Made by a program: the position numbers and the translations under genes
Shown: positions 17,386 to 26,600 of the stretch, piece after piece
Position numbering within the stretch: position 1 is the stretch's first letter
Layout: each line of letters opens with the position of its first letter
From: Candidatus Magnetaquiglobus chichijimensis
GTDB taxonomy: Bacteria; Pseudomonadota; Magnetococcia; Magnetococcales; Magnetaquicoccaceae
NCBI RefSeq assembly: GCF_045865675.1
Contig: NZ_BAAFGK010000002.1
Span: 435,989 to 467,988, forward strand
Direction of reading: 5' to 3'
DNA length: 32,000 nt
The notes under the pieces: generated by a model
What the model saw: the letters and a program-made list of their open reading frames with translations, nothing else
Told to the model about the DNA's origin: nothing
The model's database searches: none

Positions 17386-18911
17386 GGGGTCTGACGATGG
17401 GTGGGTTGCGCGGGGTGCGGCGGGTCTACGCGGGATTTTCGCTGGCGCTTTTTGCCTTTTTTCTGTGGAGCGCCGAGTTCGAGCGGCTCAAGGGGTACGC
17501 GGTCGGCCTGTTCTTGCAGATCGATCCCTTGACCGCCCTTTCCGGTTTTCTCACCAGTCAGACGTTGTACAAAGGATTGGCCTTCGCGTTGCTGATCCTG
17601 ATTCCCACGCTGTTTCTGGGGCGCTTTTTCTGTTCGTGGGTCTGCCCCCTGGGGATCCTCAATCAGGGGTTGAGCCACCTTTTCAACCGTCGCCGCGCGG
17701 TGGAGAACTGGGAAGAGAACCGCTACCGCCCGCTCTACCGGCTGAAATACTACCTGCTCGTCGCCCTGCTGATCTTCGCCATCCTTGGCGCGTTGCAGAT
17801 CGGTCTGCTCGACCCCATCGCCCTGATCTACCGATCCTTTGCGCTCTCGGTGCTGCCGGCGCTGGATCGGGTGACCGGGGGAGGGATCTTCGCCCAATCC
17901 ACCGTGTTCCACGGCGGTGTGTTGATCGCTGTGATCCTGCTGGCCATCCTGCTGGCCAACCGCTTCATCACCCGTTTCTGGTGTCGCGCCCTCTGTCCTC
18001 TCGGCGCGCTGCTCGGGGTACTCTCCCAATGGTCGATCCTGAGAATCCGCCGCGACGTGGAACGCTGCAACCATTGCAAACAGTGCCTGCGCGCCTGTCA
18101 GGGCGCCGCCGATCCGGATGGACAGGTGCGCGTCACCGAATGCCACCTCTGCATGAACTGCATCGAGGCGTGCGGAACCCAGGCGTTGCACTACGGCCTG
18201 GCCGGAGAAAAAAGCTCCATCGGCAAACCGCTCGATCTCAACCGCCGCCGGGTGGTCGAGATCGCCCTGGCCTCGGTGGTGGCCGTGCCGATGACCAAGG
18301 GGTCGCTCTCGGCCCGCTCCGCCCCACTGCCCGAGGTGATCCGTCCGCCCGGTTCACTCACCGAGGTGCAATTTCTCGCCCGTTGTATCAAATGCGGCCT
18401 CTGCATGCGCGTCTGCCCCACCAACGTGCTGCAACCGGCCCTGCTCGAGGCCGGTTTTGAGGGGCTCTGGACCCCGATCCTGATGAATTCGGTCGGCTAC
18501 TGCGAACACCATTGCGTGCTGTGCGGCCATGTCTGCCCCACGGCGGCGATCCGTCCGCTTTCGGTCGCGGAAAAGGTTGGCGCGCCACCCTTCACCCAAC
18601 CGGTCCGGCTTGGAACCGCCTTCTTCGACCGGGGACGCTGCCTTCCCTGGGCCATGGATGTGCCGTGCATCGTCTGCGAGGAGACCTGTCCCACCTCGCC
18701 GAAGGCGATCTGGTACGAATCGGTCACCGTCAGCGGACGCGACGGTCGCAAGGTCGCCCTGAAACGGCCCTTCGTGCAGCCGGAACTGTGCATCGGTTGC
18801 GGGGTGTGCGAAAACAAGTGTCCGGTGACCGATCTGGCCGCCATTCGTGTCTCCTCGGTGGGCGAAACCCGCTCCAGGGAGAATCGCATGCTGTTGAATC
18901 AACAGTCGTGA
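17382..18911 (+). CDS. Integral-membrane polyferredoxin (NapH/NosR-type CX3CP membrane module plus multiple 4Fe-4S motifs)
   Basis: About 505-509 aa. GTG 17382 overlaps the upstream stop (GTGA), and an alternative ATG is at 17397. Two membrane-embedded 'C..WVCPLG'/'CRALCPLG' motifs are present. Six Cys clusters follow: 'CNHCKQCLRAC', 'CHLCMNCIEAC', 'CIKCGLCMRVCP', 'CVLCGHVCP', 'CIVCEETCP' and 'CIGCGVCENKCP'. Confidence 0.8.
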   Translation: MRGLTMGGLRGVRRVYAGFSLALFAFFLWSAEFERLKGYAVGLFLQIDPLTALSGFLTSQTLYKGLAFALLILIPTLFLGRFFCSWVCPLGILNQGLSHLFNRRRAVENWEENRYRPLYRLKYYLLVALLIFAILGALQIGLLDPIALIYRSFALSVLPALDRVTGGGIFAQSTVFHGGVLIAVILLAILLANRFITRFWCRALCPLGALLGVLSQWSILRIRRDVERCNHCKQCLRACQGAADPDGQVRVTECHLCMNCIEACGTQALHYGLAGEKSSIGKPLDLNRRRVVEIALASVVAVPMTKGSLSARSAPLPEVIRPPGSLTEVQFLARCIKCGLCMRVCPTNVLQPALLEAGFEGLWTPILMNSVGYCEHHCVLCGHVCPTAAIRPLSVAEKVGAPPFTQPVRLGTAFFDRGRCLPWAMDVPCIVCEETCPTSPKAIWYESVTVSGRDGRKVALKRPFVQPELCIGCGVCENKCPVTDLAAIRVSSVGETRSRENRMLLNQQS

Positions 18912-19019
18912 GGGATGCGTTGATTGGCCTGAAAAATTTGTATGCCGACCGGATTGCTGTTCTGAATCAGGATCAAGAATGACACCTGATGACGCTTCGG
19001 CGCGCTCTTTTCTGCCTTG

Positions 19020-19427
19020 TCACGATTTGCCGATATCCCGTCGGGCGGTGGAGATGGTCACGGTGAAGCCGGCCACCACGTCCAGGAGCGACATCAGGGT
19101 GATGGTCAGAAACAGCGTGGTTCCCGCTGGTTTGTAGATCAAAAATTCGATCAGAAAACAGACGAACACGATCATGGAGAGCAGATGATCGACGATGGAC
19201 TCCGTGCCGGAGCGGGTGGCCTTGAAGATTTCGATGTAGAGCGACACCACGCCGAGCATGATCAGGATGTCGGCCACCGTGAAGGTGAGTTGGGCCCCGG
19301 AGGAGAGCATGAAGGCGATGACCGGCGATTGCGGGTTGAGTTCCGGATAGGTTTTCTGGCCGAACATGATGCCGTTGAGCAAGGCGAGCATCACGGTGAA
19401 CAGCGGGATGGATTTGGCGAGCAGCAT
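19020..19427 (-). CDS. Hypothetical small integral membrane protein
   Basis: Only the last 135 aa of the 493-aa track ORF look coding. ATG 19427 is preceded by AGAGG. Four hydrophobic helices are present ('IPLFTVMLALLNGIMF', 'ILIMLGVVSLYIEIF', 'LLSMIVFVCFLIEFLI', 'LFLTITLMSLLDVVAGF'). The upstream part of the ORF is antisense to htpG. Confidence 0.6.
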   Translation of the reverse strand: MLLAKSIPLFTVMLALLNGIMFGQKTYPELNPQSPVIAFMLSSGAQLTFTVADILIMLGVVSLYIEIFKATRSGTESIVDHLLSMIVFVCFLIEFLIYKPAGTTLFLTITLMSLLDVVAGFTVTISTARRDIGKS

Positions 19428-19536
19428 GGCGGAACCTCTTGTGGCGAAATTCGGAGCGAAACTGACTATTGATAAGCCATTTTGCGCCAAAACAAAACCG
19501 ATTGCGTGGCGCACGCGGGAAAAAATCGCCTCCCCT

Positions 19537-19565
19537 CTTGCAACCAGACGCGACTGTTCCCATAT
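19537..19565 (+). promoter_or_regulatory. Sigma-32 (RpoH)-type heat-shock promoter of htpG
   Basis: 'tcccctCTTGCAA' has its -35 at 19537..19543. A 14-15 nt spacer follows, then 'tCCCATAT' (19558..19565). Compare the E. coli sigma-32 consensus TCTCNCCCTTGAA-N13-15-CCCCATNT. It lies about 95 nt upstream of the htpG ATG. Confidence 0.6.
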
Positions 19566-19658
19566 CAAGACAAAATTTATGCCATGTGATCGCCATGCGC
19601 GCGATGCATAAGGCGGTGGGATGATTCGTGAACCCAGGATGAGGAGCCAGACAAGCCC

Positions 19659-21584
19659 ATGAGCACGTTGGAAGGCAAACAGACCCGTGCGTTTCAGACC
19701 GAGGTGCGGCAGTTGTTGGATCTGATGATCCATTCGCTGTACAGCAACAAGGAGATCTTTCTGCGCGAATTGATCTCGAACGCCTCGGACGCGGCGGACA
19801 AGTTGCGGTTCGAGGCCATCGCCAACGATGGCCTGTACGAGGGGGATGCCGAGGTCGCCATTCGCATCACCTTCGACAAGGAGGCCAACACCCTGACCAT
19901 CTCCGACAACGGCATCGGCATGAGCGCCGAGGAGGTCGAAGCCAACATCGGCACGATCGCCAGGTCGGGCACCCGGGAGTTCCTTCAGTCGTTGCAGGCC
20001 GACCAGGCCAAGGATGCCAATCTGATCGGGCAGTTTGGCGTGGGGTTCTATTCGGCCTTCATCGTCGCCGATCGGGTGACGCTGTTGACCCGGCGCGCCG
20101 GTCTGTCGTCCGGAGAGGCGGTGCGGTGGGAGTCGGCGGGAGATGGGGTCTACACCCTGGAGAACATCGACAAGCCGGCGCGCGGCACGGATGTGATCCT
20201 GCATCTGAAGGCCGAGGAGAAGGATTTTCTCGATGACTGGCGTTTGCGCTCCACGGTGCGCAAGTTCTCGGACCATGTGCCCTGGCCGATCCTGATGCTT
20301 CAGTCCAAGGGGTTTGAGCCCGAGGAGGAGGAGGCCGGAGAGGAGACGAAACCCGAATCCGACGACACCCCGCAATGGGATACGGTCAACAAGGCCTCCG
20401 CGCTCTGGACCCGCGCCAAGTCGGAGATAACCGAAGAGGAGTACAACGCGTTTTACAAACATGTTGGTCACGACTTCGAGGAGCCTCTGGCCCACATCCA
20501 TGCCCGGCTCGAGGGCAAGTACGAATACACCGTGCTGTTGTATGTTCCCAAGCGCGCGCCTTATGATTTATGGGATCGGGATCGCAAGCACGGGGTGAAG
20601 CTCTACGTGCGTCGTGTCTTCATCATGGAAGGGGCCGAGGATCTGATGCCGCGTTACCTGCGCTTTGTGCGCGGCGTGGTGGACTCCACCGACCTGCCCC
20701 TCAACGTCTCCCGCGAGATCCTCCAGAAGAACCCGGCGGTGGATGCCATCAAGAAAGGGATGACCGGCAAGATCTTCTCGCTGCTGGAGGATCTGGCCAA
20801 GAACGATGCCGAGAAGTACCAGACCTTCTGGGATACCTTTGGCGTGGTGCTGAAAGAGGGGGTGATCGAGGATTTCGCCCACCGCGAGCGGGTGGCCAAG
20901 CTGCTGCGTTTCTCCAGCACCCATGCCGATTCCAAGGTGCAGGATGTCTCCCTGGAAGCCTACGTCTCCCGCATGCGCGAAAAGCAGAAGGCGATCTACT
21001 TCGTCAACGGCGAATCCTTCGAGGCGGCGCGCCACCATCCGCATCTGGAGGTGTTCCGCAAGAAGGGGATCGAGGTGTTGCTGCTCTCCGACCGGGTGGA
21101 CGAGTGGCTGGTGACCCATCTGCACGAGTTCGACGGCAAGCCGTTGCAGTCCGTGGCCAAGGGCGGGTTGGACCTCGGCGAGCTGGAGGACGAGGCCGAC
21201 AAGCAGGAGTTGGAGAAACAACAGGGTGAGTTCAAGGATCTTTTGGAGCGGGTCCAGAAAGGGTTGGGCGAGCAGGTGAAGGAGGTGCGCATCACCAACC
21301 GGTTGACCGACTCCCCCTCCTGTCTGGTGAGCGGCGAGCACGATCTGTCCGCCTCAATGGAGCGCATTCTGCGCGAAGCCGGTCAGAAGACCCCGGACAC
21401 CAAACGCACCCTGGAACTCAACCCCTCCCATCCTCTGGTGGGGCGGTTGAAGGGGGAGACCAACGATCAGCGTTTCGACGATCTCTCCCATGTGTTGTTC
21501 GCCCAGGCGTTGTTGAGCGAAGGTGGACAGTTGGAGGATCCGGCGGAGTTCGTGCGCCGTTTGAACGGGTTGTTGTTGGGGTGA
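19659..21584 (+). CDS. htpG: Molecular chaperone HtpG (bacterial Hsp90)
   Basis: 641 aa. It has the N-terminal GHKL ATPase signature '[40 protein letters not shown]', plus 'ISDNGIGM' and '[12 protein letters not shown]', and is full-length with the typical middle and C-terminal domains. Confidence 0.97.
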   Translation: MSTLEGKQTRAFQTEVRQLLDLMIHSLYSNKEIFLRELISNASDAADKLRFEAIANDGLYEGDAEVAIRITFDKEANTLTISDNGIGMSAEEVEANIGTIARSGTREFLQSLQADQAKDANLIGQFGVGFYSAFIVADRVTLLTRRAGLSSGEAVRWESAGDGVYTLENIDKPARGTDVILHLKAEEKDFLDDWRLRSTVRKFSDHVPWPILMLQSKGFEPEEEEAGEETKPESDDTPQWDTVNKASALWTRAKSEITEEEYNAFYKHVGHDFEEPLAHIHARLEGKYEYTVLLYVPKRAPYDLWDRDRKHGVKLYVRRVFIMEGAEDLMPRYLRFVRGVVDSTDLPLNVSREILQKNPAVDAIKKGMTGKIFSLLEDLAKNDAEKYQTFWDTFGVVLKEGVIEDFAHRERVAKLLRFSSTHADSKVQDVSLEAYVSRMREKQKAIYFVNGESFEAARHHPHLEVFRKKGIEVLLLSDRVDEWLVTHLHEFDGKPLQSVAKGGLDLGELEDEADKQELEKQQGEFKDLLERVQKGLGEQVKEVRITNRLTDSPSCLVSGEHDLSASMERILREAGQKTPDTKRTLELNPSHPLVGRLKGETNDQRFDDLSHVLFAQALLSEGGQLEDPAEFVRRLNGLLLG

Positions 21585-21661
21585 TCAAGAGCCGATGCGG
21601 TTCGCCAGATCGTAACCGTTCAGACCCATGATCACGGGGGCCGGGGGCGATTATCGCCCCC

Positions 21662-21686
21662 GGTGGGATCCAAGGGCAAAGCCCTT
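21662..21686. repeat. Left copy of the 25-bp inverted repeat bounding the low-GC islet
   Basis: GGTGGGATCCAAGGGCAAAGCCCTT. Its reverse complement matches 23572..23596 at 24 of 25 positions. In both copies the repeat is adjoined on the outer side by a GGGG...CCCC hairpin. Confidence 0.85.
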
Positions 21687-21700
21687 GGGACGTTTTTTTT
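21670..21700 (+). terminator. Intrinsic terminator of htpG
   Basis: The stem is CCAAGGGC (21670..21677) pairing with GCCCTTGG (21681..21688) around the loop AAA, followed by GACG and T8 (21693..21700). A second perfect 11-bp hairpin lies just before it: CCGGGGGCGAT-T-ATCGCCCCCGG (21641..21663). Confidence 0.85.
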
Positions 21701-23571
21701 GACTTGTATTTTCGATCGTTTTTATAATAAGCATTTTGCGCATTTTTTTTGCGAAAAATGCGCAAGCGCGCGACGGCATTGCAAACCCTGCCAAGCAACT
21801 TTCATGATAAAAACCATCCAGACAACGGAATCGAGAAAGTATCAGACAGCCTGATGACTGATCTGAACGGTTACGGAATTTTCTCTCCAATTTGGTATTG
21901 TATCCCCGGAAGTATAATGGTTTTTTAATTATTTTGCATTCTTATTATTTTTTAGTGCTCGCGTTGCAGGCGTTAAAAAATAAGAATAAATGGATTGATG
22001 GTTGTCTTTGTCTTCTATTTTATTGAGGTCTAGGCTGTTATCGTTGATTGCTCTTATAATATTCCAAGCTGTTCTTTTATGATTGCCTGCTCCATCAATA
22101 ATATCCACGCTCAAGAGTTCACCTGTAATCGGCATGTCCTTAATTGCCTTTGTATAATTGCCAGGAAAAGATCGTACCCAGGCTTCTGAAATCCAAACGA
22201 GACCAAAAGCTTTTAGCGTAATTATTCTATCTGCAATATATCTCGAAAATATAAATTTATCAGAATGATCTTCGAATTGTGTACCAATAAAATCTACAAG
22301 CTTCCAGTTTTCGTTAAATAAAAATAGTATTGAAATATGATGACCGTAATTATGAAATATCTTTTCGGCCGTCGTAACATGGAACTCAAAAATATTTTCC
22401 AAATTTGTCAATTGCAGTTTATTGCTATTGTGCGCATCAATAAAAACCTGGTTTGGCTTGAAATTACGACATAAACGAACTGATTCTGACTTCACAGAAT
22501 ATTGTTTTCTATTATTAAGTTTGAGATATTTTATGCGATTGTTATTTTCAAATAAGTTTTTTAACTCTAAAGGTTTTTTAATGCTTTTATCTAAATAAAT
22601 TTTTAGATGATCCGCTAGACTTCTACAACAATCAAAAATTCGTGCATAAACATAAACAAGAGCTTCTAATAATTCTCTTTGTTTAAGAGATGATGTAACC
22701 CATTGTCTTTCAATTTTGATTACAGCAGATTTTGAAATTCCAGTAGGTAGATTCTTTTGGGTAAAGCGTACTAATTTTTTTAAGCCTGCATTTAATAGCT
22801 CTGATTTTTCAGTATTAATAATGATGTCTTTTTCTTCAAGATGAGAGAAAATGAGTGACAATTTGAGAGAACTATGTAAATCCAGGTCACCTTCTTTTTC
22901 TATAACATTTCGTGCGTCCTTGGCCCACGTCATTACTTCGTCTGACTCCCATGCATTTCTAACTTCGTTTGTATACCAAACATCAAAATTTGGGATTGAC
23001 TCTTTGTTCTTTTGAATAATAAAAGTTACTGTCCGAGATGTTTGTAAAAAATTATTTGTATTTTTTCTAAACATGTCTGGTTCCATATAGTTCCGGAAAC
23101 AATACTCAAGATCGATTGATAAATCCTTCAATCTTTTTTCCCAAGGTTTCATGTCGCATGGATCCAATTTTTTAGATGTTAGCAATACTGATCAAAAAAG
23201 CATTTAACAATTAACATCTTGGCATTATATTTATAATAATGTTTTGGAGTTAATTTTGCAATGAAAATTCATGTTGGTTCGGTTTCAGATCGGGGATGCA
23301 TGGGGATGGGATCAAATACCTTTGGGGATGTTGAATTTTCTTGGAATGGAGCAGATAGGATGAGGCGGCCTGTGCCTATTTCAGATCGCCAAACTGTGGA
23401 TGGGCCAAGGCACCACCCCGAGGTGACCGGTGGGGCGAGCGCGTCCGTTTTGATTAAGAGAAATGCGCTTTTGTAAAGCGCGTCAAAGGATAAAGGTTAA
23501 AGGCTGACACTAAGGTATGGAAACGAAAAAAAGTTAATAATAACAAATATAAAGTCTAAAGTCACAATCCT
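21693..23571. other. Low-GC (about 30% by eye) genomic islet between the convergent htpG and PKS genes
   Basis: There is an abrupt compositional switch. A sampled line at 22021..22080 has 20/60 G+C, against 43/60 at 24001..24060. The islet holds a single long ORF and is bracketed by the inverted 25-bp repeats. Confidence 0.75.
21929..23185 (-). CDS. Orphan hypothetical protein encoded in the low-GC islet. No family recognised.
   Basis: It is the only long ORF in the islet: 418 aa from TTG 23185, or 407 aa from the first ATG at 23152. It is Lys/Asn/Ile-rich, consistent with AT-rich coding. The N-terminal half looks helical and the C-terminal half beta-rich. I saw no transposase (DDE, HUH), integrase, RT or NTPase motifs. 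Confidence 0.7.
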   Translation of the reverse strand: MLTSKKLDPCDMKPWEKRLKDLSIDLEYCFRNYMEPDMFRKNTNNFLQTSRTVTFIIQKNKESIPNFDVWYTNEVRNAWESDEVMTWAKDARNVIEKEGDLDLHSSLKLSLIFSHLEEKDIIINTEKSELLNAGLKKLVRFTQKNLPTGISKSAVIKIERQWVTSSLKQRELLEALVYVYARIFDCCRSLADHLKIYLDKSIKKPLELKNLFENNNRIKYLKLNNRKQYSVKSESVRLCRNFKPNQVFIDAHNSNKLQLTNLENIFEFHVTTAEKIFHNYGHHISILFLFNENWKLVDFIGTQFEDHSDKFIFSRYIADRIITLKAFGLVWISEAWVRSFPGNYTKAIKDMPITGELLSVDIIDGAGNHKRTAWNIIRAINDNSLDLNKIEDKDNHQSIYSYFLTPATRALKNNKNAK

Positions 23572-23596
23572 AAGGGCCTTGCCCTTGGATCCCACC
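23572..23596. repeat. Right copy of the 25-bp inverted repeat bounding the low-GC islet
   Basis: AAGGGCCTTGCCCTTGGATCCCACC is the reverse complement of the left copy with one mismatch. It overlaps a 10-bp-stem hairpin, CCACCAGGGG (23592..23601) pairing with CCCCTGGTGG (23615..23624), that lies downstream of the PKS stop. Confidence 0.85.
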
Positions 23597-23674
23597 AGGG
23601 GAAAAATCTATGAACCCCTGGTGGGCGTAATTACGGTGGCTGAACACCTGGGAATGGTGCGTAAGAAACCTGGA

Positions 23675-26600
23675 TCAGGAGATCTGCGCCATGGTGCTCA
23701 TCAACTCCTGCAACAACAACGCCTCGGCCTCGTCGTCGGAGAGCGCCGCCACCGCCTGATCCGGAGCGGGCGCGGCATCGGTCGGGACAGTCTGTTCGCC
23801 GGTGTCCGGGAAGAGGCTGGTCATGAGGAAGTTGGCCAGGGCGTCGATGGTGGGATAGTTGAACACCAGCGACGAGCCCAGGGAGAGTCCCACTTCGGCC
23901 TCGAGCTTGTTCTTGAGTTCGACCGCGGTCAGGGAGTCGATGCCCAGATCGAACAGCTGCACATGCGGGAGCACCCGCTCCAGATTCGGAATGCCCAAGA
24001 CCTTGGCGACCAGGGCGCGGATGTGATCCACCAGCAGATCCCGGCGCGCCCCTTCCGGAGCGTCGTTCAGCTCTCCCCGGAGTTGGGAGCCTCCCTTGTG
24101 ACCCGCCTGGGCATCGCTGGCGATCAGCGGCGAAAAACGTGGCACCCGCGTGGCGCCGGGATTCACCTGGGCAAAGCTCTCCCACTCGACGTGCAACACC
24201 CCCAACTGGGCCGGATTCCAGCGCAGCACCCGGGCAAAGGCGTTCAAGGCCTGGGCCATGGCGATGGGATGGATGCCGCCACGCCGCAGACGCTGCTCCA
24301 CCTCCTTGTCGCGTGCGGCCATGCCCACCTCCCCCAATGCCCCCCAGTTGATGCTGGTGCCGGGCAGGCCCATGGCGCGGCGGGCGTGGGCCAGGCCGTC
24401 GAGGAAGGCGTTGGCGGCCACGTAGTTGGCCTGGCCGGCATTGCCGATCAGGGAAGAGACCGACGAGAACAGCACGAAGAAATCGAGCGGCAACGATTGG
24501 GTGGCCAGATGAAGATGCCAGGCGCCCAGAGCCTTGGGTTCGAGCACCCGGCGCATGCGGACCGGATCCAGATCCGGAATCAGGCCGTCGTCGAGGACGG
24601 CGGCGGCATGGATGACGCCGCGCAGCGGTGGCATGGCGTTGCCGATGCGCTGGATCAGCCGGTTCACCTCGTTGGCGTTGGTCACGTCCATGGCCACGGC
24701 CATCACCCGTACCCCCTGGGCCTCCAGACGGGCCACGGCCTGTCTGGCCTCCTCCGAGGCCGCTCCCTTGCGACCGGTCAAAACCAACTGTCGCACCCCC
24801 TGATTGCCCATCCAGAAGGCCAGTTCCAGGCCGAAACTGCCGAAACCGCCGGTGATCAGATAGCTCCCGTCGGCGTGGAACAGGGGTGGTTCCTGACGCG
24901 GCGGGAGGATGGTCATCGGTCCGGTGCCGCGCATGTCGAGCACCGCCTTGCCGAGCTGGCCGGATTGGACGTGCTCGAAGGCTTCGCCCGCCCGGTCCGC
25001 CGGGAAGACGTGGGTCTGGATCGGCTTGAAGGTGCCGTTGGCGAACTGCTCGGAGATCTCCTCGAGCAGTGCCGGCATGATATCCTTGCGCCGGGCCAGA
25101 TGGTCCAGGTCCACGGACATGAAACTGGCGTTGCGCTCCACGCTGGCCAGGTTCCAGGTGGCATCCTTGCGGGCCGCGAACTCGCCCAATTCGACGAACC
25201 GTCCGAATGGCGCCAGGGCCTGCACGCTCTTCTGTCCAGCCTCGCCGCCCAGGGTGTTGAAGATCACATCCACGCCGTGGTCATCGGTCGCGGCCATGAT
25301 TTGTTCGACATAGACCGGGAAACGGCTGTCGAAGACATGTTTGAGGCCGAGGGAGCGCAGATACTTGCGCTTTTCCGGCGAGTCGGCGGTGACGAAGAGC
25401 TCCGCGCCGCGCCACTGGGCCACCTGGATGGCGGCCAGTCCCATGTCTCCATGGGCGCCATGGATCAGAACCTTTTCCCCCGAGCCGGAATAGGAGCGGA
25501 ACAGGCCGAAATAGGCGGTCAGAAAGGCCATCGGCAGCCCGCCGCACGCCGCGTCGCCGATTCCGGCGGGTCGCGGCATGGTCCAGATCGACTTGACCGG
25601 CAAGGTGACATGCGACCGGAATCCACCCGGCAGGATCGCCAGGACCGCCTCGCCGCGTTTGGGCGCGGTGACGCCGGGACCGGTGCGGGCCACCACGCCG
25701 GAGATCTCCATGCCGATGCCATCGCCGAAGAAACTCTTCGCCGAGCCGCTCTCCGGATCGCGTTGGGTCAGGCGCAACACGTCACGCATGCCGATGCCGG
25801 CGGCATGCACCTCGATTTCGATCTCGCCTGGACCGGGCGGACGCCGTTCGCAGGCGCGCAGCCGCAGCGAGGAGAGCGCTCCCGGACGTCCGATCTCCAG
25901 CGCGAAGGGGGGGCGCATGGTGGGATCGTCCGTGACCGGCTGGGTGTTCTGGGTGAGGACCGCCGACGCCTCGCGCACCATCCGGTTGACCAGCCGTTCG
26001 CCGTCGCGCCAGGCCACTTCGCTCTCCGCCGAGTCGGCCAGAACCTCTACGGCGATGGCCGCCAGGGAGCCGGTTTCCTCCCGGGGATCCAGATCGAGCA
26101 CCGTGGCGCGCAGATTGGGCTGTTCGCTCAAACTCACCCGCGCCAGACCCACCAGCGCGGCTTGATGCAGACCGGAGAGGGGTGCACCGTCATGGACCGG
26201 TTGGGCTCCGCGCGTCACCACATAGAGACGCGGCGGGGGCAGGGCGCGTCCGGTCGGGTTCTCACCCTTGGTCAGGGTTTGGATCAGGCTCAACGTGTCG
26301 TTGACCGACCGGATGCCGACCGGATCGGTCGTCTGGGTCGCGTCGAAGTCGCTCCACAGGGCGATCACCGCCCGACATGGGCCGGTTTGATGGAACACCG
26401 CTTCCAGGTGGTGATTCGGGATGCGGATCAGATCCGGATGGGGGGAGTCGAGTTGGGCGAGGGTCTTATCGCGCACCACCCGCACCACCCGCGCCGCGCC
26501 GCGTCCGGTCAACTCCCTGGCCAACGCGTCGCCGGTCTGGCCGGCATCCTCCAGCACCAGAATCGGCAGATCACGCGACTCCGGCGCGAGCAGCCCCGAA

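Noticed and set aside
19428-20501. N-terminal 358 aa of the 493-aa minus-strand ORF 19020..20501
   Set aside because: This part is antisense to htpG and has an Arg/Gly/Leu-rich artefact composition. Only the last 135 aa (from ATG 19427, with an upstream AGAGG) look like a real membrane protein.
21929-23185. The islet ORF considered as a transposase or RAYT, because it lies between inverted REP-like repeats
   Set aside because: I could find no HUH plus Tyr motif, no DDE/DDD triad spacing and no integrase R-H-R-Y pattern. RAYTs normally share the host G+C, unlike this gene at about 30% G+C. It is therefore reported as orphan cargo rather than a mobility gene.
21585-23675. tRNA or tmRNA fragment as an integration (att) site at the islet borders
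   Set aside because: I read both borders for T-arm/acceptor-like sequence (GGTTCGAATCC-type) and found none. The borders are hairpin/terminator-like repeats instead.
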